The notes beneath the pieces were generated by a model, which searched no databases, was not told where the DNA came from, and was given only the letters and a program-made list of their open reading frames with translations. A DNA stretch of 49,134 nt, filler included, from Jimgerdemannia flammicorona (taxonomy: Eukaryota), in NCBI GenBank assembly GCA_003990765.1. It is 2 parts of 2 records of this genome, joined end to end, with 100 filler letters (N's around TTAATTAATTAA, not from the genome) between each part and the next. Parts side by side here need not be neighbours in the genome. Positions count along the whole stretch, not along the records: positions 24,619 to 49,134 come from RBNJ01000967.1; 1 more part is not named here. One strand, given 5' to 3'. Shown here piece by piece: positions 34,892 through 47,024 of this stretch. Position numbers and translations under genes: made by a program. Numbering within the stretch: the stretch's first letter is position 1; each line of letters starts with the position of its first letter.

Positions 34892-36344
34892 AAAAGGAAC
34901 TCATTGACTGCCCATGAGATTCTCTCCTTGGATAGTAGATGACCTACTGTGCTGATCAGGTACATCATGCATCAGAGCTCTCTAAAGGATATAGCATCAG
35001 AAATAAGAGATATAGGAAAATCCTATAAATTCTACAACCAACAAGGTTTAAACCAGTTCTCATCTGATCAAGATAATACTTTGGCCCTCGCCTTATACAA
35101 GGATGGCCAATCCTTACCAATGAGTTGATACATTTAATTTGAAGTTTCTTTTAGTCTTATTGTTTATTATATATAACTTTGAGAATTCAATAAGGATGTT
35201 GATTCTTAAGGAGGGGGAGATGTAACAATTTAGTGTAGTTTATTTCTTTTCTCTGTCTTTCTTGAATATTCTATAACCTTCTAGCACTTTCTACATACTT
35301 AGAAATCCCCTTCTTGGCACCAAGCATTAACTAGTACTTATCTAGCTAGTCATGGAATATCCTGGAAACTTGTAGAACTTTATTTGTCATCATTTGTCAT
35401 CTTTGCCAAGAACTTTCCTCTTGGTATTTTCTTTTGATTTCTCAGATCCTTCTGGATCCTTCTTTCAGATCTTGTATAAATATCCCCTTTGTTCTTATAA
35501 ATAAAACCTCAAAATATTTTCTCTCAGAAATCCTTTGAGAATACTTGAATTCTTAGTATCTCTTTGAGCTACTTAGGACCACCAGAACTAGTTACTTTCT
35601 CATTTAGAAACTAGAACTGTTATACTGGGATCCCATCTCAGGCAATGTGCTATTAGAATATATACTTCTTCAATAGACAATCCAGTCTTCAGCACCTTCT
35701 CCAAAGGCCCAGCCTCCTCAAAGCCCACCTTTACTCTCTCCAATCTCTTCAGAAACTTTACTAATACTACTCTAGTCACCTGCTTAATGATAAGCCTCAG
35801 TATCATTTTTACTGTCACTGCTAGACTCTGAAAGTACAACATAACTATGAATGCTGAAATTGACTTTTTGAGTAATGGAGTCACCACCAGGCCTATTATA
35901 CTATCTGCTAAATTCTCCTACCTTCTAAGCCCCAACCACTCAGCCTTGCTATTAGCAGTCACATCTGGATTTTTTTCCAGATTGGCAGTCTCATTACCAT
36001 CAGCCATCACATTTACCCCAGCCACTACACCCCCTAGCTCCACCACCCATACCACTAAGAGCTACTCCCTCATACATATACTACTGTCTTCTCTATCTCC
36101 TTACCTTTCTGTAGCCATCTCTTTAGTCTAGATACCTGCTATCTCTTCTTCACTATCTCTGTAAAGCTCACCCTTCCAGACCTCTATTCTCCTCTGCTGC
36201 TCTCTCCCCTTCTGTGTCCTCCTGCCAGCAGCCCCCTTATATTTCCCCCCAGGCTAGGGCCTCTCCCTACATACTGCTAGTTGAACACACTCAGACCACT
36301 CTACTCAGTATGTACCTCAGATTACCAGTCAGTTACCATGTTGC

Positions 36345-37010
36345 TAGTCTCTTTTCTCTAAGAATAATGTTATAAGTGCTTTCCAAAGATTGTGTAACCC
36401 AAATGGTACTGGAGAAAGAGGGCCTAGATCTAATCTTTGGTCAGCTTCAATAACCTCTTCACTACCCAGGCTAGAAAGTCTAGATAGTATACCAAATACT
36501 ACATCTTCAGTAGCTAGTAGATATTCAGAATTGTGATGCACTCTGCCAAAGAAAGGTGGCAGCCTCCCCAACTTTGCAGAACTTCTCTCCAGATAGCTAC
36601 TTATCTCTCCCACTAAGACTTTGACAGGACTGACCCATATATAGAGAGATAGATACCTAAGTATCTTATAGCCTCTCTAATAGAAATAATTATTTCAATA
36701 ATATCTCCTCCCATCAGACTATTATCTAATACCATTGTTTCACACTTATATTAGTTAAGTTTAGCCCCAGAATATACCTCATACTACTCTACTGTTTCCT
36801 AGAGTTTCTCAACATCAGTAATCAACTCTAGACCAACCACCATATTATCCACAAAGACCCCAATCTTCTACACAATGCTGAATATAAAGAGCCTTACAAT
36901 CTTCTGCCTAATTCTATCCATCAATAGCTCTAAGGACAGAGTATATAAGATAGGGAACAGTGGGTCCTTCTAGAAAACACTCCTCTCTAGAGAGAATACT
37001 ACCTCCAGAT
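36345..37010 (-). mobile_element. Second LINE RT fragment, paralogous to ~25740-26330
   Basis: Collinear similarity including PLFPILY, FVDNM and YLRYL (= PLS, FADD, YLG). Confidence 0.7.
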
Positions 37011-37559
37011 ATAAACTTATTATCTATAGATATAGAACATATATATTTTTTTTATAAACTACTATATATATATTTCTTTCTATTAATATATATATATTTT
37101 TTCTATAAATACTTTCTCTTTATAAATATTTCTCTTCTACTCTATAGTCTGCTCACTAATCTATCTATCAATCTATTTACTAATCTATCTGCCAACCTGT
37201 CTACCAACTTGCTCACCAACCTATATATTAATCTACTTATCAATACATATATCTATCAATCTATCTATCAATCTATAAGTAATAAGTTACTGAAAGTTCT
37301 AATAAAATTTCTAATAAAATTATATAATAAAATTTTAATATAGTAATTATATATCTTATATAGTATAACTATATATAGATATATTTAATATATTATATTT
37401 AACCATAGCTCTCTAACTTATATAATTATTCTCTATATTAAGTATATTATAACCCCAGTTCTATTTTTTCTTCTTAAGAATAAAGTAATATTTTTATTTA
37501 GATATCTTAGATCTGACTTATTTATAATTCTAAGTCTAATTAACTTAGAATATATATAA
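37010..37559. repeat. AT-rich low-complexity relic with a 12-bp tandem repeat (~37150-37280)
   Basis: aatctatctatc/aacctgtctacc units. Confidence 0.55.
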
Positions 37560-40159
37560 TGTAATAGTATAGCTGAATTAGGAAGAAGAAAATAGGGAAT
37601 AGATACTTGATCGCACCCATTCCCAAAGTAGTATAGTTTTATAGTTAGCAGTTGCTGATTTCGACATTGTCTAAATTTCTAGATATTGTCCAAATCGAAC
37701 ATCCCGATTTAGTATAGCATTTCGACATTGTCTAAATTTCTAGACATTGTCTAAATGACTCATAACTTAGCCATGTAACTCAGTAGCTATCTCATAGCTA
37801 GCAAACTTGTATAAATAACCCAGTATCTTCAAGTGAATAAACCTCAGATCGAAAGTATTAGAAAAGAACAAGTATACTGATAAAAGGACCTTCGGAATTA
37901 CCTCTTTAAATACATTTGGCCTCAAGAAACTACTGACTCTGGAAGTCAAGAAGACAAGAATTCAAGATAAAGAAATCTGACGAACTTGCCCATCTTAGCA
38001 TCTGCTACATTACAACTTGGTGCCTATTGGCTGGTGATTTAAGACGAATCCCTCACTTTCAAGCTGAACAATGAATAACTGCAACAAGAACCCACACAAC
38101 ACAATTAGACAAAATGGATATGAGACCACTTGTATTCCATGGATACACCTCTGATGAATCAATCATCACCTTCATTGATGATTTTGAGCAGTATGCTGCT
38201 GTAAGGACCTTAAGTGCAGCACAACAAGTAGCCCTACTCCCTGTAAGCCTCCGAGGCCCAGCAAGAACCATGTTTACTGCAGCTAATGTATAAGGAGCTG
38301 ACGATCCAGCAAGAATCCTGGCCTTCAAGGCCTGGCTCTGGGTAACCTACTATATAGATGAAATCAAACAGACACTCAAAGATCAACTGAATACCATCTG
38401 CCAAGAAATGTCAGAAGACCTAAAAACATTCTACACAAGGATCCAATACCAAATAGTCCTCGCTAACTATCCCGATACAGTTCAAGACCAAGTGGCTGAG
38501 AATACCTTCATGAAAGGCATTCACCAAGAAATCACTTTAGCCATTCGATCTATCTCAACACTACTGGACCTGGGACAGAAGGTTACCTATGTCCAAAGAT
38601 ACTGGACTGCCAGACACCCTCAAGGCCACATAATGGAAAGGATAATCAGAGTAAAAATCAAACAAGTACCAAGAGTCACCAATACAATCCCAGCTACCAT
38701 AGTCAACCAGAATACACAACCGCAATCACAAGAACAGAGAAGGGTTGACCCAATGGAGGAACTGGCCAAACAGTTCACAGAAATGACTGCATACCTCAGT
38801 GACGTAGTCAAAGAGTTCAAAAAGAAGCCAGTACAGAAGTTTGCTGCTATAAATGCAAGATGATCCATAACATGCTACAACTGTGGAGAAGAAGGCCACT
38901 ATGCCTCCAAATGTATGACAGAAACCAAGCGAAAGGTCAATCCAAGCAATGCAACCAGAAATCGCGAGCAGGCAAACACTATCACCTTCAAGGAGATTGG
39001 AGAATCTGAGGAAGAGAGGGAGGAATGGGAAGCTTACCCTGCCACCTCAAGCAAGAAGGATGTCTGATCCAGTCCCTACAAAAGATCTCCAGGCAGACCT
39101 CCTAAGAAGGCCCAGACACAAACAAGATAACCAGAAAGAGTCATCGAAAAAGAAAGTCAGCAGAGTGAAGCTGACCAAGATATGGAGCTAGAACAAGATG
39201 CTGAGCTAGAGTGAGCAGTAGAAGATATTATTCGAAATACTACTCCATCAAGTGAAGGGAAGAAGGAGCAGAAACTGTGCAAGAGCAAGACCTTCAAGTA
39301 TGACATCTTCAAGGACCTCAAGGATCAAAAGGTCAATGCAACCTTTGGCCAGCTGGCTGAAATCCCAACATTTAGACAACAAATGAGAACAGGAATCTCA
39401 GACATCGGTAAAGACCAAGGTTATAAAATAATCGAAGCCAACAACACATAAGAGGATTCAGATGAAGAGAGTGAAGACAACCAGAAAACATCAGCCTATG
39501 CTATGTATCTGCCAGATCGAGGACCAGGTCTTTGAAGCCATCATTGATACAGGAGTAGGAGGATGTCTCATCACCAAGAAAGCAGTAGACCACCTAGGTT
39601 GGGAGATAGAAGAAGCCACCAAATTGGTGTTTGTCACAGCCAATGGGACATGAGCAACACCCTTGGGAAAAATTCAGGATGTACCAATCAAGTTCGGCAA
39701 AGCCACTATACCTGTAGATGTCATTATCACCAATGAAACCAACTATGATATCCTCATCAGCAACCAGTGGCTTCACAAAGCCAAGGCTATGATTGACCTC
39801 AGTGCACAGAAGATGCAGATCATCTACTGGGGAAAGAAGATCAGAATTTCCATCAATGTCCACAAAGGAGTCTGCCCTGAGATAGAGGAAGACTAAGAAA
39901 AAGAAGCCTATATGGTTATTATGAAGAAAGAAAAAGGCAAGCAATTGACAGAGGAAGAATAGTATATAAGAATCACAGATGGATATGCCCCACTAGGAAG
40001 GTGCCCCCATGGTGAAAGAATGTACTGTACCCAGCACTTGGATCACTGCTACTCCTGTATCATTGAGGTAAAGAAGATTACCAACAAGCTAAAGAAGAAC
40101 CAGGAGAAACCAGAAGATGGACCACCAGAACTATTGGATGATAGTGATGATGAAGAAGA

Positions 40160-40575
40160 CATCACAGTCAAGATACGAAGAATCCACCCTAATGCAGTCA
40201 TACCACAATACAAATCAGAGAATGTAGCAGGAATGGACCTATCTACTACAACACATACAATACTCAAACTGCAGACCACCACCATTCTAGGAACAGGAAT
40301 TGAAGTAACCATTCCGCCAAACTATGTTGGAATCCTCAAGATAAGGAGCAGCTTGGCAAAGAGTGAAATATCTATAGAAGGAGGAGTCATCAATTCGGAT
40401 TATACTGGAGAAATCCTTCTCCTTGCCAGGAACCACAACCCAACAATCCCATTCAAAGTAAGGAAGAAGGATCGGCTAGCGCAAATGCTCATCCTACCTG
40501 TCCTTAATTCAAGAATCAAGAAAGTCACAAACATCAGACAAACTCAATGAGGAAGAGCTGGATTTGGCTCTATAG
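40160..40575 (+). pseudogene. dUTPase domain of element 4, between PR and RT
   Basis: AGMDL, RSSL, IEGGVINSDYTGEI, DRLAQML, AGFGS. Confidence 0.92.
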
Positions 40576-43273
40576 GAAGAGGAGTCCTCGCAGCAACTAA
40601 GATTACTGAATTGGAGTACAAGAAGGAGGAAAGCCGAGACAAACAGACCTATACAATCAGAAGAAACTTTCCCCTCAGGGAAGAATTGCAGAGCCTCTTG
40701 CATACATTCGAGGATGTACTGGCCACAGATTTCAAGGACATCAAGACCAAGTAACCCTTGTATTATCATGATATCAATACTGGAGATGCAAAGCCAATCT
40801 ATCAGAAGGCCCACCTCATTCCACCAGCATACAGAGAATGGCTCAAGACAGAGATCAAGGAAATGGAGGAATCCAGTATCATTGAAGAAGCCAGTAGCCC
40901 TTGGTCCTCCCCCATTGTTCTTGCACCAAAGAAAAGAAGCCGACCAAGAGAATTTGCACCAAGACTTTGTACAGATTATAGAAGACTCAATGAGGTCACA
41001 GAGAAGGACAGATAACTATTGCCCAACATTGGTGACATTCTTATCATGCTGGAGAATGAAGCATGATTCTACACCACTCTTGATCTGTTCTCTGGATTCT
41101 ACCAAATTGGCCTTACATCTGAAGCCAGCAAAAAGTCAGCCTTCATCACCCCAGATGGAACTTATGTCTATCTCCGCATGCCCTTTGGAATGTGCAATGC
41201 ACCAGTAAGCTTCCAGCGAATGATGAACAGTATCTTCAGAGATATTATGGAGAAATGGATGATGGTATACATAGATGACATAATCATCTTCAGCCGAACA
41301 GCTAAAGAACACTTGGACCACATTGAGGAAATCCTCAGAAGGCTTCGCAAACATGGCCTCTATATCAAGCCCAAGAAATGCAAGTTTGGAGAAGAAGAAA
41401 TTGCATATCTTGGACACATCATCAACCATGAAGAAACACATACAGACCCTACAAAGATCAAGGCAGTAGCAGCATACCTAGTACCTACCAGTACCACTGA
41501 AGCCCAAGTCTTCATGGGACTTGCATCCTACTATAGAAGATTTATCAGAAGGTTCTCCTACATTGCCAGTCCTATCTATGATCTGTTCAGAAAAGAGGTC
41601 AAGTTTCAGTGGACTCAGCAGCAGCAACTAGCCTTTGATGAGCTCAAGACCAGATTGACCCAGGCCCCAATCCTGAGAAGACCCGACTGGACTCAAGAGT
41701 TTATTCTGCAGACGGATGTCAGTGCAATGGAACTTGGAGCTGTCCAAGCACAAAAGAAGAATAGTGCCAAATATGTGGTAGCTTATCTCAGCCAAGGTAT
41801 CCAAGGAGCCAAGCAGTCCTATGAATCATACAAGTTGGAATGCCTTGCAGTCATCTGGGCTGTAGAGAAGTTCCACTACTATCTAGCTGGCAGACACTTC
41901 ACCATCCAGACAGATCATTCAGCACTCACCTGGTTGCTCACTACCAGTGAACCCAAAGGAATCTATGCCCAATGGATCATAAAGCTGCAAGTATATAATG
42001 CCATGATCACCCACTACTCTGGAAGAACTAACACCAATGCTGACACCCTCTCATGGACACCCTGAAGGACCCCACCCCCACAAAATCACTATAAATAGGG
42101 AGCTATATTATGGAATTATCAGCTACCTGGGGCAGCAAAAGATGTCCCTGCATCTGGAAGAATGGACAAAAACAATTATTAATTGAACATGGAAACAATT
42201 CGAAACTGATAGAGAAATACTCAAGAAAGGACAATAATTAGTTATCCCTAAGCACCAGAAGAATCAAGTGATGAAAGAAGTACATGAACAGAGTTATGTA
42301 AGAGGAACAAATACGTATGACAAAGCAAAAAGAACTATGTAGTGGCCCAGAATGGAAGAAGATATCAGACAATTTGTCAGAACCTGTGACAAATACCAGA
42401 AACAGAAACAAGACCAATGGGATCAAGCCCCTGGATCAGCAGACATCAAACCAATACCATTTGCCCACATTGCAATGGATGTAATTGGCCCTCTACCCCT
42501 GACATTAACTGGCAACTGATATATCATTGTAATAGTGGATCTATTTACAAAATAGGTAGAGGCCAGACCCCTCAAGGAAGCCAATGCACAGTCAATTGCT
42601 GATTTCTTTTATAGAGAAATCATCTGCCAATTCATGACCTCAAAGCAAGTTACTACAGACAGAGAAACAGAATTTGTCAACCAGTTCTATGAGGTTCTTT
42701 ACAAGAAGTACAAGATCCAGCACATCAATACTACAGCCTATCACCTACAAGGAAATGGACAAGCAGAAAGAATCAACAAGACCCTCAAGAACATCATTGC
42801 CAAAATCTGTAATGAATATGGAAACTGGGACCACTATCTACCAATAGCATTATCTACTCTGTGGGATGTACGATCACAAAGCACCCATTTTACACCACGA
42901 GAAATGCTATTCAGTGAACAAGGTTCTGGTGGAAGTTTGTCAGCAGGTAACAATGCAATCTGGAAGCATATGGATATGGAGATACAGAAATTGCATCAAA
43001 TTAGGAAAAAGGCAGAAGATTACATAATCAAGGTGCAGGCACTACAACAGAGCAATGCAGAAAAAACCCACAAGTCCCTGGAGATTATCAAGATAGGAGA
43101 TGAAGTCCTGGTATATCAGAATATGGTAGAAGCCTCTTGGTCATGAAAACTGGAGCCTAAATGGAAAGGACCTTACCTGGTGCAAGATATAAAAGGGACC
43201 ACTTTCTGACTACAAAAGCCCTCAGATACAATAATCCCCACTACCATTTACTGAAACTGACTCAAGAAGTACC

Positions 43274-43735
43274 ATGGCCAATAACCAGAGCACTGCAGTG
43301 GCACTCAAGATCACTAGTGCTGTACAAAGGGCTATTGAAAGACAATGGTACACCACTGAGCCTCTGACCATAGAGGCATACTATGAGAATATTCAGAGTA
43401 TTGTGCAGACTCATCTCTCTCAGATCTCACATTTTAGTACCTACCAATATCAGGCAGAGTTCCAAGAGTACTTCAAGCTTGGACAGGTACTCAACCAGGA
43501 TCCAGCAAAGACCAAAGAAGACTGGATCGCAGAGTGCCAACTCTCCTACTCACAGATCACTATTGCCAAAAGGATCCACAAGCTATTTCAAGAAGATGAA
43601 TCAGCATTAGTCCACCTGCGAGGAGTGACCCCTACCGACTTCGATAAAATAAGGAGACATTATTAGGAGACAGTCATGCAATAAATTGAATAGTACAAAA
43701 CCATACAGACAGTCGAAGTATGGAAGTTTGAATAG
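43274..43735 (+). pseudogene. Accessory ORF2 of element 4 (130 aa open, ~153 codons to the probable ancestral stop)
   Basis: ATG overlaps the pol stop (43282-43284) in the +1 frame; ends just before the PPT. Confidence 0.75.
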
Positions 43736-44170
43736 ATGCCTCAGAGACGAGACCATCTATTCAGGAGGAAGTTGTGACGATATAGCTGAATTAGAAAGAA
43801 GGAAATAGGGAATAGATACTTGATTGCACCCAGTTCCAAAGTAGTATAGTTTTATAGTTAGCAGTCACCAATTTCGACATTGTCTAAATTTCTAGACATT
43901 GTCCAAATGACTCATAACTTAGCCATATAACTCAGTAGCCACTCTCTCATAGCTAGCAAACTTGTATAAATAACCCAGTATCTTTGAGTGAATAAACCTC
44001 AGATCAAAAGTGTTAGAAAAAGAACAAGTATAATGATAAAAGGACCTTTGAGATTACCTCTTTAAACACATTTGGTCTCAAGGAACTACTGACTCTGGGA
44101 GTCAAGAAGATAAGAATTCAAGATAAAGAAATCCAACATACTTGCCCATCTTAGCATCTACTATGTTACA

Positions 44171-47024
44171 CTAGTAATAATAATTATATCATTAATCTAT
44201 ATACTAATGAATATTATACCATTATCATAATACTGGACATATATACAATTATTCATTTTGCAATATGTAAATTCATTATTAAGGAGATATTTATCAATCC
44301 TTTTATTCTATAATTGCATCACTTGTTTGATACTATATAGTCCTTTATATAATTTATATATAAGCTCACCATTTGGGCTATTATATAGTTTATATTCTTA
44401 CAGTTAACAGATATATAATTTGATATCTACATCATCATTTAAGAATACTGTCTTGATATCTATTTGAGAGATTTCAAGGTCATATACTATACCAATTGCA
44501 AGAAGTATTCTAAGCAAAGTAAACTTAAATACTGGTAAAAATGTCTCATTGTAATCTATGTTATAATTCTGCAAATAATACTTAGCAATAAAATGAGCTT
44601 TATATCACTCTATATTACCATCAGTATTGTATTTTATCCTATAAACTCACTTGGATCCAATTGCTTGACAGTTTGGCAGAAGAGGTACTAGGTCTCAGAT
44701 ATTATTTTCAATGAGCAAATCATATTTCTCATCTATTACACATTCTCATTTCTTGTTGTTAGAGCATTACATAGCCTTATCATATGTACTTGGCTTGCTA
44801 AAAGATATCACAATATATGTACATTCATATGCTTCAGCATAGCTCACATAGTCTTAACATTGTTACTATCTAGGACTTACTAATATCTCAATAACTTCTT
44901 AATTCTGAATATATCTCATTTCTGAGCTTATGTTTTGGCTTTTTCTTACTCTTGTTCTTGATGGAAGATTTCTCATTATTGGAGGATTCACCATTATCTT
45001 TATCTTTGATCTCAGTAATCTTTGACTTAGACAACTCTGGCTCAGATATATATAGTAATTGATAATAATTTTAATTTACCACTAGAATCATTAGAGATAT
45101 TGGTAGCACTAGTTATTATGTTAGCTGGAATATAGATATAGAGATCTCTATGGGTATTTTTATATAAATCTCCTTATTATTTCCTTTTCATTAAATTGTA
45201 CATTATGCAAAATCACTATATATTTTATATATAAATTCCAAAACCTATACAATTTTCCACTATATCTAAGAAGTATGTGCTTAATCAGAATTTGTATTAG
45301 ATAGCATTGCTTTTGTCAAGGACATATGTATTACATCCAAATATATATAGATGAGATATATTTGGCTTAGTTCTACTCTATAATTCTTCAAAAGTAAGAT
45401 CATTATCCTTATATGTATTATTGCCAGCTTCCTTACTTAGTGATCAAGATATATATCTGTTACAGATATATACCACCATATTGATGGCTTTGGCCCAATA
45501 GAAATATCTTAGTTCAGCTGCATTAATCATTATATATATATATTATTTCTATAGCTATATAGTTAAATTACTTAGCTATGCCATTTTGCTAAGATATATA
45601 AGAAGCTATCATTTGATAGCTTATATTTTATCAGAAATCTCCTGAATATATTATTTATATATATATTTATATCCATTATCTGAGTGTATAGCATATATTC
45701 TATATCCTATTTCATTCTTAGTGATTGCTTTAAATTCTTTAAATTTCTCCAAGGCTTTGCTCTTTACTGATAGGAAATATATATATATCTTATATATAAT
45801 CATTGATAAATATCAGAAAATATCTCTTACTGGAATATGATGAAGTATATATTGGGCTATATATATTGGTATAGATGAGATCAAGAATTCCCAAGGCATA
45901 CTTTAATTGTTCTTCAAATAGTTGTTAGAAAGCTTTATTTTTTATATATATTTTGCAAAAGTTATTCTCTGAATATATATATACTAGCAATTCTTTCATC
46001 AAGCTATTTCTTATTATATATTTAAAACTTATCTTGCCAATATATCCTAAGTATTAATACTATATATTGAATATATCAGATATAGTTATTACATAAGTAG
46101 AGGCTTTCATATTATTTCTGTTCAGCATACTATTGATTATGTAAAGATTTCTATATTTCAAAGCTATCATTAGCTCATTATTATACAAATCATATATAGT
46201 AGTACTCTTTGCATATATGTGTATTTTTTTGTTACTATAAGCTATTATCTTATCTATAGAAAAGATGTTCTTTTCTATCTCTGGAGTATACAGTATATCC
46301 CCAAGAGTAGCAGTGGGCTTAATGATATTTCTATAGAGATGTATCTCTATATTTCCCTTTTCTTAAGTATAGATGATATTATTATCTTCTAACTTAATAG
46401 ATATAGAGTATTTGAAAGACTCATATGTAGAGAACCATTCTCTATATAGTATTATATATTGAGTGACTCCTGAATCTATTAGCCAGACATTGTTATTATC
46501 AGCTATATTGATAGTATATTTGTTATTATCACTTTTCATCAGCCCAAAAGTATTTCACTGACTGAGATTTATAGATGATAGGTTGGTGGATTTGATAGTA
46601 GATCTTGCACTGACAGAACTAGTACTGGTAGAATTGGTAGAACTTTTTGGTCTATAATTATCATTCTTCTAATTAGATTTTGTAGATGTAGATCTCATAC
46701 TAGCAGAATTGACAGTAGAGCTGGCAGCTTATACAAAAAATAGATTACTACTTTCATCAGTTTTAGTAATATTTACATTACCACATTTCTCTCTATGGTT
46801 CCTGTATCTATATTGCTAACACTGGCTTTTATATTATTACTTATTTTCACCACTCTTCTTGTCATTTTCCCAGCTATAGTAATAGTATTTTCTATATCTA
46901 TACTTATTATAGTATTCACAGTACTCATCATACTTAGCTGATTGGCTACTATTGTATTTTTGAGCTTAGGTTTGGATTTGTCTCCTTGGCCTTATTATCT
47001 ATACTTCTTTTATTTAACACTACA
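44171..47024 (-). mobile_element. Heavily decayed Ty1/copia element (gag knuckles-PR-IN-RT), truncated by flanking gypsy elements
   Basis: WLIDSG, DLIYTNI, HSDNG, QNGIAK, W..VIDEKY, GSK*VY, LAIGSI..*IDIKTVFL, I*IND (= YVDD); copia domain order. Confidence 0.85.

Larger units (their letters stand above)
29618..35624 (+). mobile_element. Gypsy element 3: chromovirus with gag(CCHC)-dUTPase-PR-RT-RH-IN-chromodomain; 404-bp LTRs; TSD CTGGG
   Basis: LTRs 29618-30021 and 35221-35624; TSD 29613-29617 and 35625-35629; PPT 35208-35220; CFFCCQPSHITTKC; LIDSGA; YIDD; EYEVEKILD..YLVK*MGY..WEP. Confidence 0.95.
24619..36340 (-). mobile_element. Decayed, near full-length L1-clade LINE (ORF1 ~36100-28400 interrupted by gypsy 3; ORF2 ~28302-24750: APE-RT-Zn)
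   Basis: LGRDFN, RIDWIL, SDH, PGEDGLP, FLD*EKAY, GIPQG.PLS, AFADD, YLG; AATAAA near the 3' end (~24636-24641). Confidence 0.85.
37560..44170 (+). mobile_element. Gypsy element 4: gag(CCHC)-PR-dUTPase-RT-RH-IN-ORF2; LTRs 37560-38014 and 43773-44170
   Basis: TG..CA LTR pair; PBS-like TGGTGCC at 38018; PPT 43763-43771; CYNCGEEGHYASKC; IIDTG; YIDD; QTDVS; AYHLQGNGQAER. Confidence 0.93.

Noticed and set aside
36960..37343. 127-aa hydrophobic/NLST-repeat ORF
   Set aside because: Arises from AT-rich low-complexity decay; spans a LINE fragment boundary
43274..43735. env gene making element 4 a retrovirus
   Set aside because: Short, with no signal peptide, furin site or transmembrane segment
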